NCBI GenBank assembly: GCA_963781935.1
Contig: CAWAHX010000006.1
Coordinates: 4,481-68,480 of the forward strand
Source: an uncultured Solirubrobacteraceae bacterium
GTDB lineage: Bacteria > Actinomycetota > Thermoleophilia > Solirubrobacterales > Solirubrobacteraceae
Length of the DNA stretch: 64,000 nt
Reading direction: 5' to 3'
This document shows, piece after piece, positions 10,101 through 19,191 of the stretch (its first letter is position 1; each line of letters begins with the position of its first letter). The notes beneath the pieces are model-generated. The model was not told where the DNA came from. It ran no database searches and was given only the letters and a program-made list of their open reading frames with translations. Position numbers and translations under genes: made by a program.

Positions 10101-11187
10101 GTGCCGAGCGGTCGCCGCCCATGAGCCCGTAGACCTTCATGCGGATCGTCATGAAGATCCGCCACATGACGGATTCCTCGACCCGGGCGAGCGCGCGCCG
10201 AGTCTCCGCCATCTCGGCCTCGCGACGACTCAGCTCAGCAGCCGTCTCGTCGATCAGGCGCTCGTTGCGCCGCCGCGTCTCGTCAGCCAGCCGTGCCATC
10301 CGGGTGGCCTGGGCGACCGCATCTTCACGACGGGACCGAGCCTCCTCAAGCTCAGCCGCGATGACCCGCCGCGCCTCACTGCGTTCGTCGTCGTCGTCGC
10401 GCTGCTGCTCGCGAAGGAGCCCGAGCCCGACGTCCGACAGCGTCGACTCGGACGGCACGTCGGGCAGCGCTTCACGCGCCGCGATCATCAGGACGTACAA
10501 CACCGGCGGCGCCCCAGCGACCCGCCAACCGTCTCCGTCGCGCTCGATCCGGAACGAGCGCGCGTCGCCACGCTCGCCCTCAAGCGCTTCGATCCGAGAG
10601 CCCTCGATCGTGTGCTGCGAGAAGATCCGCCGGTGCGTGAAGCGCGCTCCGACGAGGGCTTCGAATTCCGGCCGCGAGAGCTCGCGCGCGTGGAATGGAT
10701 TGGGAGGGACCCCACGCTCGGCGTAGGCGTCGCGGTCCGGCGTCGAGATGATCAGGAGGCCGCCGGGCGCGAGCACACGATCGAGCTCGGCGAGGACCCG
10801 CTCCTGGTCGTCGATGTGCTCGATCACCTCGAGGGCGACGACGGCGTCGATCGAATCGTCGGCGACGGACGAGAGGTCCAGCGCCGAGGCCACGCGAAAC
10901 TCCAGATTGCCGGCCGCATAGTTCGCGCGCGCGTGGTCGATGGCATCGGACGCGATGTCGATCCCCACCACCGAGGCGGCCTCCTCCGCCAGCAGCGCCG
11001 CGCCGAAGCCCTCGCCGCTGCCGACGTCCAGGACGCGACGGCCCGCCACCAGCGCCTGCGCCCAGAGATAGCGGTGGTAATGCTCGTAGACGACGGCGAT
11101 ATCCGGCGCCCAGGGCACGCAGCGCTCGCCCGTCCACTCGATGAGGCGGGGCGCTCCCGCGGGACCTTCCGGCATCAGTCGTTTCAT
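7180..11187 (-). CDS. Five-module glycan assembly protein: SAM methyltransferase, coiled coil, GT2, GT4, WcbI-like C-terminal domain
   Basis: One uninterrupted ORF. It reads IEWTGERCVPW...VLDVGSGEGFGAALLA...LEVIEHI (methyltransferase). Next comes a charged heptad-rich stretch, EARRVIAAELEEARSRREDAVAQATRMARLADETRRRNERLIDETAAELSRREAEMAETRRAL. Then DVSIVVPVHSD...YEVIVVDDAADAE...VLLNNDT...YWEDVDLC (GT2). Then VLFVGGFEHEPNIDAV...GAGVKGKVTQALAAGLPVVTT (GT4). It ends with IVVGNCQAIG...FFTMNHPT (WcbI-like, from memory). The start is taken at ATG 11187. Confidence 0.8.
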   Translation of the reverse strand: MKRLMPEGPAGAPRLIEWTGERCVPWAPDIAVVYEHYHRYLWAQALVAGRRVLDVGSGEGFGAALLAEEAASVVGIDIASDAIDHARANYAAGNLEFRVASALDLSSVADDSIDAVVALEVIEHIDDQERVLAELDRVLAPGGLLIISTPDRDAYAERGVPPNPFHARELSRPEFEALVGARFTHRRIFSQHTIEGSRIEALEGERGDARSFRIERDGDGWRVAGAPPVLYVLMIAAREALPDVPSESTLSDVGLGLLREQQRDDDDERSEARRVIAAELEEARSRREDAVAQATRMARLADETRRRNERLIDETAAELSRREAEMAETRRALARVEESVMWRIFMTIRMKVYGLMGGDRSAPSRALSAGLRSLGRAGARLRAARSPEPVAPAAPQPLEPLLTLPLFDRPDVSIVVPVHSDAAITEKCLSSILHASGDVAYEVIVVDDAADAETKALLARVEGIRVIVNKANLNFLHSVNRGAAEARGRYIVLLNNDTQPQLGWLQALIDRVESAPTVGVAVAKLVYADGTLQEAGSIVWQDGTAWNYGRGGDMGAPVYNFARPVDYGSAAALLIRADLWREIGGFDERFSPGYWEDVDLCFAARARGFEVMYEPRSLVIHLEGGSMGTDESAGGKRHQVLNQPKFAEKWRAELAEQVAGPSQELAAFAADRRRGSSVLVVDYRIPRADHDAGSLRMFHLLKNFVEMGYRVTFLPDNLEPAEPYMGELQGMGIEVLVGATDIRRLLEDLSPRLRLVILSRPEVAPRYLHLVRRHAPDAILAYDTVDLHFLRERRRSEHAGDVASRVSDAFRHVELGLARATDVTLVVSREEQELVESMTGAAAAVVPLANEVWPTVPGRGSRHGVLFVGGFEHEPNIDAVRYLAQEVMPLVWQELPDVALTIAGSNPPVAVTELESPNVVVAGWVADLDPLLRGALVSAAPVRYGAGVKGKVTQALAAGLPVVTTTLGAEGLGATDGEGLLIGDDAAGFASRIVKLHRDADLWARLSEEGQEIVRRECSPEAQRAALERLVGSSAPDTPPVGRRVRERAIVVGNCQAIGLETLLSMNEAFAERFELVSFPAVHEIPDEQIPELHRAVEGASVALLQKVDDGYRDGIGLGTAQLAAIAGSATVVRWPSTFWAGYVPDMFYLRDAEGRPVVDGPFDYHDRVILQAFVDGAGVEETCARLADPARPSDAVAWANAATAELALRGEGCDVQVTSYIEERFREELLFFTMNHPTDVLLGYMADEALALLGLPTGRAPRAPGVDEFLSSTFYPLHANHVQALDLRFGPQVVAGGGRPFRIRGVDLAPPAAVEAFFEYYRCNPELVEINRVS

Positions 11188-11233
11188 AGCAGGATCGGCC
11201 CGCGTCGGAGGACCGCATCGTCGGAGCACCCAG

Positions 11234-11239
11234 TACGTT
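11234..11239 (+). promoter_or_regulatory. Candidate -10 box TACGTT, 9 nt upstream of the wzt ATG (leaderless-type)
   Basis: TANNNT hexamer in a 61-bp divergent intergenic region. There is no purine-rich SD at proper spacing. Confidence 0.4.
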
Positions 11240-11248
11240 GGAGTACTC

Positions 11249-12502
11249 ATGAGCGCCGTGCAAGAGGCCTACAGCGCACGCCAGGACGACCTCGCCGGCG
11301 CCGGCGTGGCGGTCAGCGTCGACAACCTCACCAAGACCTTCCGCCTGCCGCGTCAGCAGGTCAACACGCTCAAGGAGCGTGTCATCCATCCTTTGCGCTC
11401 GCGTGAGTACGACGAGTTCGCGGCGCTGAAGGACATCACGGTGGACATCGCCCGGGGAGAGTTCTTCGGGATCGTCGGTCGCAACGGCTCGGGAAAGAGC
11501 ACGCTGCTCAAGTGCCTCGCCGGCATCTACCAGCCCAACCACGGCTCGGTGCAGGTGAACGGCGGCCTCTCCCCGTTCATCGAGCTCGGCGTCGGGTTCA
11601 ACCCTGACCTCGCGGCCCTGGACAACGTCATCATCAACGCCGTGATGATGGGCATGTCCCGATCGGACGCTCGGGAGCGATTCGACGAGGTGATCGCCTT
11701 CGCCGAGCTCGAGGAGTTCGTCGACCTCAAGCTCAAGAACTACTCCTCGGGGATGGCGGTCCGCCTGGGGTTCGCCACCGCGATCCAGGCCGAGGCGGAG
11801 GTGCTGCTCGTCGACGAGGTCCTCGCCGTGGGAGACGCCGCCTTCCAGCAGAAGTGCTTCGAGGAGTTCAAGCGTCTGAAGGACGAGGGACGGACGATCG
11901 TCTTCGTGACGCATGACATGGGCGCCGTGCAGAGGTTCTGCGACCGTGCACTCCTGATCGAGCGCGGCGAGATGCGGGCCCTCGGCGATCCGCGCGACAT
12001 CGCCCGCGAGTACAACGAGCTCAACTTCGGGCGGCTCGTGCACGACAGCGTCGAGGAGAGCGGCCGCTACGGCGACCATGCCGCCGCCGAGATCGTCCAG
12101 TCGTGGGTCGAGAACGACAAGCGCGAGCGCGTGAACGACATCGCCCAAGGTCAGCGGCTGACGCTGGCCCTCGCGATGAACTTCCACGAGCAGATCGACG
12201 AGCCGATCTTCGGCTTCGCGCTGCGCAACGCCATGGGCCACACCGTCTTCGCCACGACGAGCGAATGGCAGGACGACTCCGTCGGGACGTTCTACGGCGG
12301 GCAGGGCGTCATCGTGCGCGTCAGCTTCGACGTGTGGCTCGCGCCCGGGCTCTACAACCTCACGCCGTCCGTGGCCCGGCCGGGCTCGGGCGCCAACGCG
12401 CTCGATCTGCGCGAGGACCTCGTCCAGTTCTACATACACGCGGTTCGCCAGACCGGCGGCGTCGTCGACCTCCCCCACACGTACGAGGTCGAGATCCTGT
12501 GA
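11249..12502 (+). CDS. wzt: O-antigen/teichoic-acid type ABC exporter ATPase with C-terminal glycan-binding domain (Wzt-like)
   Basis: Walker A is GRNGSGKST, the ABC signature is YSSGMAVRLGF, and Walker B is VLLVDEVLAVGD. An extra ~150-aa C-terminal module (IVQSWVENDKRERVNDIAQGQRLTLALAMNF...GLYNLTPSV) has the alternating pattern of Wzt_C beta-sandwiches. The stop overlaps the next start (GTGA). Confidence 0.85.
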   Translation: MSAVQEAYSARQDDLAGAGVAVSVDNLTKTFRLPRQQVNTLKERVIHPLRSREYDEFAALKDITVDIARGEFFGIVGRNGSGKSTLLKCLAGIYQPNHGSVQVNGGLSPFIELGVGFNPDLAALDNVIINAVMMGMSRSDARERFDEVIAFAELEEFVDLKLKNYSSGMAVRLGFATAIQAEAEVLLVDEVLAVGDAAFQQKCFEEFKRLKDEGRTIVFVTHDMGAVQRFCDRALLIERGEMRALGDPRDIAREYNELNFGRLVHDSVEESGRYGDHAAAEIVQSWVENDKRERVNDIAQGQRLTLALAMNFHEQIDEPIFGFALRNAMGHTVFATTSEWQDDSVGTFYGGQGVIVRVSFDVWLAPGLYNLTPSVARPGSGANALDLREDLVQFYIHAVRQTGGVVDLPHTYEVEIL

Positions 12503-13376
12503 CCGACGTCCTCGAGAAGCCGAAGCCCGGGAAGAAGCCTCGGAGATCGCCGGCCGTTTCCCTCCCCGACATGGGCCAGCTGGGCCGCAGCGCCGAACTG
12601 CGCCGGATCGGCACGCTCACGTGGACCCTGGCCATCACCGACTGGCGGCTGCGGTTCTACGGCTCGGTACTCGGGATCCTGTGGACGCTCGTCAAGCCGT
12701 TCGCGTTCTTCGGCGTGATCTACGTCGTCTTCACCCAGATCGCCAGCCTCGACACGAACGTCGAGTACTACGCCCCGTACATCCTCTTCGCGATGGTGCT
12801 GTTCAACTTCTTCGGCGAAGTCACCGGCATGTCGGTGCAGGCCTTCCCCTTCCGCGAGAACCTGCTGCGCAAGATGCATTTCCCGCCGCTCGTGATCCCG
12901 CTGTCGATCGCCGTCACCGCGCTGCTGAATCTCGGCATGACGCTCGTGGCGGTCGTGATCTTCGCGCTGATCAGCGGCGTGACGCCGACCTGGACATGGC
13001 TCGAGTTTCCGTTCCTGATCATCCTGCTGACGACGCTCGCGCTGGGGATCGGCATGTCGCTGAGCACGCTGTACGTGCGTTTTCGTGACATCCAGCCGAT
13101 ATGGGACGTCGTCGGGCAGATCCTCTTCTACATGTCAGCCGTGCTGTACGTCGCCACCTCGGTGCCCGGGAAGTACTTCCAGGCATTCCTGTGCAACCCG
13201 CTGGCGGCGATCAACACGGAGATGCGCCACGTGCTGCTGGACCATTCGGCACCGTCGATCTTCGAGGCCATGCCGAACGGCAAGTGGCTCATACCCTCGG
13301 GGTGATCATCTTCTTCTTCGTCAGCGGGGCATGGATCTTCGCCCGCGAGAGCCCTCGCGTCGCCGAGAACCTCTGA
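12499..13376 (+). CDS. wzm: ABC-2 type polysaccharide exporter permease (Wzm-like); single frame break near 13285
   Basis: Multiple TM spans follow GTG 12499 (LRFYGSVLGILWTLVKPFAFFGVIYVVF...). The last TM and tail, LGVIIFFFVSGAWIFARESPRVAENL, lie in the frame of ORF 13101..13376. One extra C in the CCC run near 13285 would restore a continuous frame. Confidence 0.75.
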
Positions 13377-13399
13377 GAAGCAGACCCGCGCCGCCCTAC

Positions 13400-15319
13400 T
13401 CAGCTCTTCGGGACCAGGAGCTGCCAGGGCCCGACCTGCGCGGCAGGTGTGAACTCGTTGAACAGATATCGCAGCGCAGGCCCGTTCGGTACCGGGCGCC
13501 CCTGCAGCCAGAACTGAGCCTGCTGATCGTTACGGAAAGCGCACGGTCGGGGCGAAGCCCTGAGCTGCTTGACGACTCTGCGTTGGGTGGCGTCATCGAG
13601 CTGGACGTACCACGAACCGGGAAGGGTGGGGATCGGATCGTCGATGTGCGCCCAGAGATAGAGGCTGTCCAAGCCGGGGTAGCTGATCAGCGTGGTGCAT
13701 CCGTTGTCCCGTAGCGCCTTCACCAAGCCCGTGTATGTGTCGCGCTCTGCCACCGAGAGCCTGAGCCGCGATGCCTCGGGGAATGGGAGGGGTTTGCGGT
13801 CTCCGTAGCTGATGCCGGAGGCGATCACCGGACGGAGGACCAACGACCACAGAGCCAGCACGACAAGAGCCCCCAGCAACACCCTGGCGACGTAGGACGA
13901 CCGGTCAGCGGCCACGCCGCGCTCGAGCAACCCTGCCCTCAGCGCGTGCCAGCCGTCGGCGATGCACAGCGCGCCGACGGGGCCGAACATGATCGTGGCG
14001 GCCGCCACCTGCGTCCCGGCGACGGGATACACCTGCAGGACCTCCGCAACCGCGAGCGCCGGGAACAGCACGCGGATCAGGCGCCCTCGCGGCGTGAGCG
14101 TGATGCCACTGGGCGGCACCGCCGCCACCCATGCAAGCGCCATCGGGATCATAAGCGGCGGGCCGCTGGCCGAGGCCCATACGGGGCCGAACTTCGCCGC
14201 CGCGAGCCAGATCGACACGCCGGCGCCGATCCGCAGCACCCCTGCCACCATGGCTGACCCGGGGCCGAGACGAACCGTGAGCAGGGCGCCGCTGAGCCCG
14301 GCCACCGCGCACAGGACCGACGACGACGGGAGGGCGAACGGGATGCTGAAGACATCCGCCTGTTCGAGAGCACGACCGATGATGCCGTTGTAAGCGTCGC
14401 CCAACGACGCGCCGGTGACCAAGAGTACGGCGAGCGTCGCGATGACCAAGGCGACGAAGCCGACGATGGTCCCGAGCACCCATCGGCTGAGAGCGCCGTC
14501 GTCCTCTCCGCTGGGTGGACGGAGGGATCTCGCGGCAACCACGACCGCAGCGAACCCGAGCGTCGCCCAGACGATGAGGTCACGGATGTAATCGTGTCGC
14601 GCGTGGCTGTAGGTGAGGAGCAACGGGAGCGCGATGAAGAACCCGAGCACGAGCCGACGCAGGCCGGCCCGCCGGTGGAGCCCGCTACAGGTGCAGACCG
14701 CAGCGGCCGCGACGGCCGCGACGGCGAACAGCCCGAGGTTGACCTTCGTCAGGACCAGAGCCCCGAGGAGCGCACCGGTCAGGATGCCGAGCAGCAGCCC
14801 GCGGTGCTCCGGAACAGTTACCAGTACCAGCGCGAGCGCGGACAGCAGCAGCACGCACAGACCAACCGGATGCATCGGCTCGTTGACCAGCGCGTAGAGC
14901 TCGTTGAACGCCACGGCGGCGGCGACGAGGCCGAGGCTCAGGCGCCCCGTCAGGCGCATCGCGGTCACGCCGAGCATCACGCTGGCCGTGACCCAGATGA
15001 CCGCCACGATCGAGCGGCTGGCATCGTTGGTGATCGACCTGCCGGTCAGCGCGAAGAGCCCGCCGAACACCTCGTAGTAGAACGGCCCGTACTGTGAGAA
15101 GACGTCCCGGTAGAGCGTGTGGCCGTCGACAAAACTCTTGAGTGTGACCAGGAGCGTGCCCTCGTCATCCCAAGGTGCGAAGAACGTGAAGACCGCCCAA
15201 TACGCGCCGACCGCCGCAACGACGGCGAAGGCGCTGAACGCACTGAAGGTGACGGCACGTGGGTGCCCCCGCAGTGCGGAGCCGACCTTCGACAAACGAT
15301 CTGTCGCCGCGGCGCCCAT
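13400..15319 (-). CDS. Large polytopic membrane protein, GT-C-like, with C-terminal soluble domain
   Basis: The real start is ATG 15319 (MGAAATDRLSK...), overlapping the upstream stop (TAATG). FAPWDDEGTL follows TM1 directly, and more than 10 hydrophobic spans follow. The N-terminal 236 aa of track ORF 13400..16027 is a shadow of the epimerase gene. Confidence 0.6.
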   Translation of the reverse strand: MGAAATDRLSKVGSALRGHPRAVTFSAFSAFAVVAAVGAYWAVFTFFAPWDDEGTLLVTLKSFVDGHTLYRDVFSQYGPFYYEVFGGLFALTGRSITNDASRSIVAVIWVTASVMLGVTAMRLTGRLSLGLVAAAVAFNELYALVNEPMHPVGLCVLLLSALALVLVTVPEHRGLLLGILTGALLGALVLTKVNLGLFAVAAVAAAAVCTCSGLHRRAGLRRLVLGFFIALPLLLTYSHARHDYIRDLIVWATLGFAAVVVAARSLRPPSGEDDGALSRWVLGTIVGFVALVIATLAVLLVTGASLGDAYNGIIGRALEQADVFSIPFALPSSSVLCAVAGLSGALLTVRLGPGSAMVAGVLRIGAGVSIWLAAAKFGPVWASASGPPLMIPMALAWVAAVPPSGITLTPRGRLIRVLFPALAVAEVLQVYPVAGTQVAAATIMFGPVGALCIADGWHALRAGLLERGVAADRSSYVARVLLGALVVLALWSLVLRPVIASGISYGDRKPLPFPEASRLRLSVAERDTYTGLVKALRDNGCTTLISYPGLDSLYLWAHIDDPIPTLPGSWYVQLDDATQRRVVKQLRASPRPCAFRNDQQAQFWLQGRPVPNGPALRYLFNEFTPAAQVGPWQLLVPKS

Positions 15320-16278
15320 TACTCGTTCGACTCCGCGTATCGCGCGCCCGCGGACGGGCTTCCGCGCAGCCACTCTGCCAGCCTGCGCAGGCCCTCGGGC
15401 AACAGCGTCGATGCACTCCACCCCAACTCGCGTCCGGCCCGCGTCGGATCGGCGACCCACGTCGTCGTGTCCCAGCCGCGCGCGTCCATCGTCCCCCAAG
15501 CCGGTGTCGCGACGACACCGAAGACATCCTGCACGGTACCCACCAGGTCCTCGAGGGACGTCTGCGTCCCCGTACCGATGTTGAACACCCCCCCAGGCTC
15601 GACGTCGTCGGCCGTCGCCGCGCGAACGAACGCATCGCAGACATCGCCCACCCAGACATAGTCGCGCGCGATCGTCCTGTCGACCAGGGGAGGCCAGCGC
15701 CCCTCGAGCGCGCGCGCCACCAGCCTCGGCATCAGGCGACCGGGCTCCTCCCAGGGTCCGTACACCGAGTACAGGCGAAGCGTCACGGCGCGCTGGGCGT
15801 GTTCGGCGGCGGCAAGCCGGCAAAGATGCGTTGCGGCGGCCTTGGCCACCGCATAGTGGGAGTTCGGCTCGACGCGCTCGTCCTCCCTCGGGGCGTGGTC
15901 CACGTACCCGTACTCGGACGACGAGCCCGCGTTGACGACCACCGCGCCGATGTCGCGCGCGGCGACCAGGAGCGCCTCGGTGGCCGCGACATTGATTGCG
16001 AGGATCTGTCTGAAGTCCGTCTGCCACGAGTAGGCGCCATGGGCGGCGAGGTGAAACACCCAGTCAGGATGCTCATCGACCAGGATTCGGCGCACCTCTC
16101 CGGCATCCTCGACGTCGACCGCGGCGAGGCGCACCTCGCGTGGGCGGCTCCCGTCCAGCCGCCACGGCTCCCTGCCGGGCCGGTGGGTGGCGACGACATC
16201 GTGGTCCAGTGCTGCCAGGTGCCGAACCAGGTTCGCCCCGATGAACCCGTCCCCGCCGGTCACCAGTGCGCGCGCCAT
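15319..16278 (-). CDS. NAD-dependent sugar epimerase/dehydratase (SDR)
   Basis: Rossmann motif in MARALVTGGDGFIGANLV, then SSSEYG and YAVAKAAA (catalytic S...YxxxK). GGAG lies 10 nt before ATG 16278. Confidence 0.8.
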   Translation of the reverse strand: MARALVTGGDGFIGANLVRHLAALDHDVVATHRPGREPWRLDGSRPREVRLAAVDVEDAGEVRRILVDEHPDWVFHLAAHGAYSWQTDFRQILAINVAATEALLVAARDIGAVVVNAGSSSEYGYVDHAPREDERVEPNSHYAVAKAAATHLCRLAAAEHAQRAVTLRLYSVYGPWEEPGRLMPRLVARALEGRWPPLVDRTIARDYVWVGDVCDAFVRAATADDVEPGGVFNIGTGTQTSLEDLVGTVQDVFGVVATPAWGTMDARGWDTTTWVADPTRAGRELGWSASTLLPEGLRRLAEWLRGSPSAGARYAESNE

Positions 16279-16324
16279 CAGGTGCACGCTCCGGTGCAGG
16301 CGCCGAGGCTTGTCGATCGGCCTG

Positions 16325-17267
16325 TCACCGCGGCGACGAGAAGGCCCCGAGCCGGCCGGACTCGAGGAAGGTCTCATAGCCGAAGACCTCGAGGTACTGC
16401 CACGCACGGGTACCGATCTCCCGCTGCTCCTCGTCCGAGAGCTCCGCCGCCGTCGCAACGTTCGCCTGCGGCGTGGCAGCCCGGATGGTGCCCCAGGGGT
16501 AGACCTCGTCCAGCACCTTGGCGTTCCAGCTCGGGCCGGCGAGGCTGTCAGCCGCTCGCAGGCCGAGTTCGGCGAGCAGCGCCCCAAGGGTTCCGGCCGG
16601 ATCGGCCATGACGTCCTCGATGCGGACGATGTGAACACGCCCGGGATGGCGTTCGCGCTCGAGAAGCGCATAGTGCTGATTGATGTTCCAGCGCAGGATG
16701 TATCCCTCGAGGCTCAGCGGGACGGGCCGCTTCTTCGTGTCGGCGTACGCCGACCAGGGATTGCGAACGACGTGCAGGACGTGCGCCTCCGGAAGGTCCG
16801 CGACGATCTGCGCGGCGTCGACGTGATGATCGGGCTGTAGCCGACGTATACCTGCTCCGTCGCCCCGTGACGCTCGCGTCCTTCCATGCTTCGAACGTCG
16901 CGCGGAAGAACGCGGCGACGTTGTCTGCTCGTGACCGGCCGCTCTGCTCCGATGATGCGCGCGATAGATCTCGCAGCGCTCGTCGTCGTCCATGTCGAAC
17001 GGCTCGTGACGGAACTTGCAGACGTTGGGCGTTCTCGATCGGACCTTGCCCTCCTCGTCGATGATCGCCTCGATAGTCCTGCTCAGGCGTCGCATCCAGC
17101 AGCGAACACCGGCCATCGGTACTTCGACCGGGAACATCGCACTGAAGCCGTCGGTGACGTGCCGCGTGCCGATCTGCGACTCGAACGGGTAGACGTAGCA
17201 GCTGCGGGTGGCCGTCGAGGAAGCGGTGCGTGGTGTTCCCGCCGTTCTCGTACATCGCGCCGATCAT
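16325..17267 (-). pseudogene. Sulfotransferase-family protein, at least 3 frame breaks (~17195, ~16945, ~16850)
   Basis: Colinear pieces alternate between two frames: MIGAMYENGGNTTHRFLDGHPQL, then FPVEVPMAGVRCWMRRLSRTIEAIIDEEGKV...YRAHHRS, then ADNVAAFFRATFEAWKDAS, then AQIVADLPEAHVLHVVRNPWSAYADTKKR...HPGRVHIVRIEDVMADP. The assignment rests on general resemblance to bacterial sulfotransferases, recalled from memory. Confidence 0.45.
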
Positions 17268-17285
17268 CAGGAGGCGGAATCGGAT

Positions 17286-18393
17286 TCATGAGTTTCGGTC
17301 TTCTCCCAGCTCGTATTCGAACGCGTACGAACAGCTGCTCCGCAACACCGCAGGACGCCCGCGTTGCCGACCTCTTGGGGAAGCCGCCAGGTGAACGAGG
17401 CATCCACGCTTCGACCGCGAAGACCTGGTTGCCCTCGGGCCAGACGAGACTCCCGAGCAGCACGCCACTCCTCGCATCGACCGCGTGGACGCCGCACACG
17501 CTGCCGTCGACGTCGAGACCGGGCGCATAACTGCGGAAGCGAGGTATGACCCGCGACGTGCCGACGAACATCAGATCGCCGTGCGAAGCACAGACCCGCG
17601 TGTCCAACCCGGCAAGCCGCGCCACCGGCCGGAAACGACCGTCCTCGACCAGCCCGACCTCGCCGTAGCCGCTGTTGTCCACCCACAGCTGGCTCCCGTG
17701 GAGCCGGGCCGAGTGCGGGCGCGTCAGCCCGGTCGCGACGGGCTCCCGCGTCGCGCCGGAGAAGATCACCCCGCGTCCGTCGACCGGGAAGTTGCGGTGC
17801 CCCGGCCGTCGCGGACCGATCGTGGCGGCCGAGGCCGAGAAGTACGACGCGCCGAGGTCGCGACCCGCGGCGATCGAGTTGAGCTGGAGATGGTTGCGCG
17901 AGAACACCGGCCCGCATCCGTCTCGATCGCCCGCGGCCACCAGACGCGCTCGACACGTCCGTCTCCGGGCAGGGCGACGACCGCGTTCTCGCCGACGGCG
18001 TTGGCGTGCAGGACGCCGTCGATCAGCGCGAGATCGTGCAGGTACAGAGCGCCCGGGCAGGAACTGCGAGCGAGACGCGGCACCAGCGGCCTGCCGTCGG
18101 GCACGCGACCCGGCCGATCCAGTCGCTCGCGAAGGGCGCACGCGGGAACGAAGGTGTAGACCTGGTTCGGGTTGCGCGTGCTGGCGATGTACACGCGGCC
18201 GCGGGCTGCGGTCGACCGCGAGTCCGGACGGATGCGGCATCGAGAGGTACGTCATGAGCGGCCGGCCCCTGGGCGCGACAGCGCCAGGACGAGGTGCTCG
18301 TACTCGCGCGTGACGAGCAGCGTGAGCCGACCGCTCGGCCAGGAGATCCCAGAACCTCCCCTCTGCGCGGCTTCGCAGGAGCACGGGGTCCAC
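17286..18393 (-). pseudogene. TIGR03032/DUF4915-like beta-propeller protein of unknown function, at least 4 frame breaks
   Basis: Pieces alternate between three frames: VTLLVTREYEHLVLAL, then VYIASTRNPNQVYTF...LYLHDLALIDGVLHANAVGENAVVAL, then FSRNHLQLNSIAAG...RGVIFSGATREPVATGLTRPHSARLHGSQLWVDNSGYGEVGLV...GDLMFVGTS. The PHS.R and NSG.GE motifs match my recollection of that family. Confidence 0.4.
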
Positions 18394-18495
18394 CGGCCCT
18401 GCAGGCTCCCACTGCGCGACGATCTGCGCGGGGTCGCGGAGCGCGCGACCGTGTCCCTCCCAGCGTCGTTCGCGCGGCGTTGGGCCGCCCGCGCT

Positions 18496-19191
18496 TCACC
18501 GTGCGAGCCCTCGCCGGACCCTGAACGCGCCGCGGTACATCCGGACCGCCGACCAGTACCCGGTCGTCGACCGGCCCCCCAGCCGCTCGGTGCTCAGGAT
18601 CGGCACCTCGAGAACGGGATACCCCGCCTGTTGGCACACGACGCTGAACTCGAGATCGATCAGGTCGTCGTCGTGCTGCAGCGCGAGAAGGCGATCGAAC
18701 GAGCGTGGAAAGACCTTCGGAGTCCCGTTGATGTCCCACCACGCGAGATCGAAGAGCGCGCGCGCCTGCAGGTTGTAGAGCAGCGACCCGAGCCGGCGAC
18801 GACGGCTGTCGCGGATCTTCCGATTGGCCTTCAGCACGACCTGCGGATACGCCCGCGCGTAGGCGACGTGAAGCGCGAGAACCTCCGTGGAGGTGCGAGC
18901 CGAGTTCGTGTAACAGAGCAGGTCGCCGGCGGCCTGGCGAAGCCCGAAGCGCACGGCACGGCCCCAACCGCCGGCGGGCAGGTCGAATGCGCGGACACCG
19001 CTGTGCTCGGCGGCGAGCCGCTGTGCGACCGCGGGCGTCGCATCCCGGCAGCCGTTGCTCACGAGCAGGATCTCGTACGGCCACCCGAGCCGCTCGAGCA
19101 TCTCACGATGCCCCAGCACGACCCTTTCAAGGTGTTCCGCCTGGTCGTGCACGGGCAGGACCAGCGAGAACATGCTCTCGCTCGACGTCAT
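18496..19191 (-). CDS. Family-2 glycosyltransferase
   Basis: Intact 231-aa ORF: FSLVLPVHDQAEHLERVV...YEILLVSNGCRDATPAVA...INGTPKVFPRS. Confidence 0.8.
   Translation of the reverse strand: MTSSESMFSLVLPVHDQAEHLERVVLGHREMLERLGWPYEILLVSNGCRDATPAVAQRLAAEHSGVRAFDLPAGGWGRAVRFGLRQAAGDLLCYTNSARTSTEVLALHVAYARAYPQVVLKANRKIRDSRRRRLGSLLYNLQARALFDLAWWDINGTPKVFPRSFDRLLALQHDDDLIDLEFSVVCQQAGYPVLEVPILSTERLGGRSTTGYWSAVRMYRGAFRVRRGLAR

Noticed and set aside
11248-11251. Head-to-head overlap of divergent start codons at the palindrome TCATGA (track ORF 7180..11250 versus wzt ATG 11249).
   Set aside because: The first 21 codons of the minus-strand ORF (MSTPTYWVLRRCGPPTRADPA) look non-coding. ATG 11187 gives the usual distance to the methyltransferase IEWTGERCVPW motif.
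13400-16027. The 875-aa ORF with an N-terminal 236-aa Arg/Gly-rich extension.
   Set aside because: The extension overlaps the well-supported epimerase gene 15319..16278 in another frame. The membrane protein starts at ATG 15319 (a TAATG junction).
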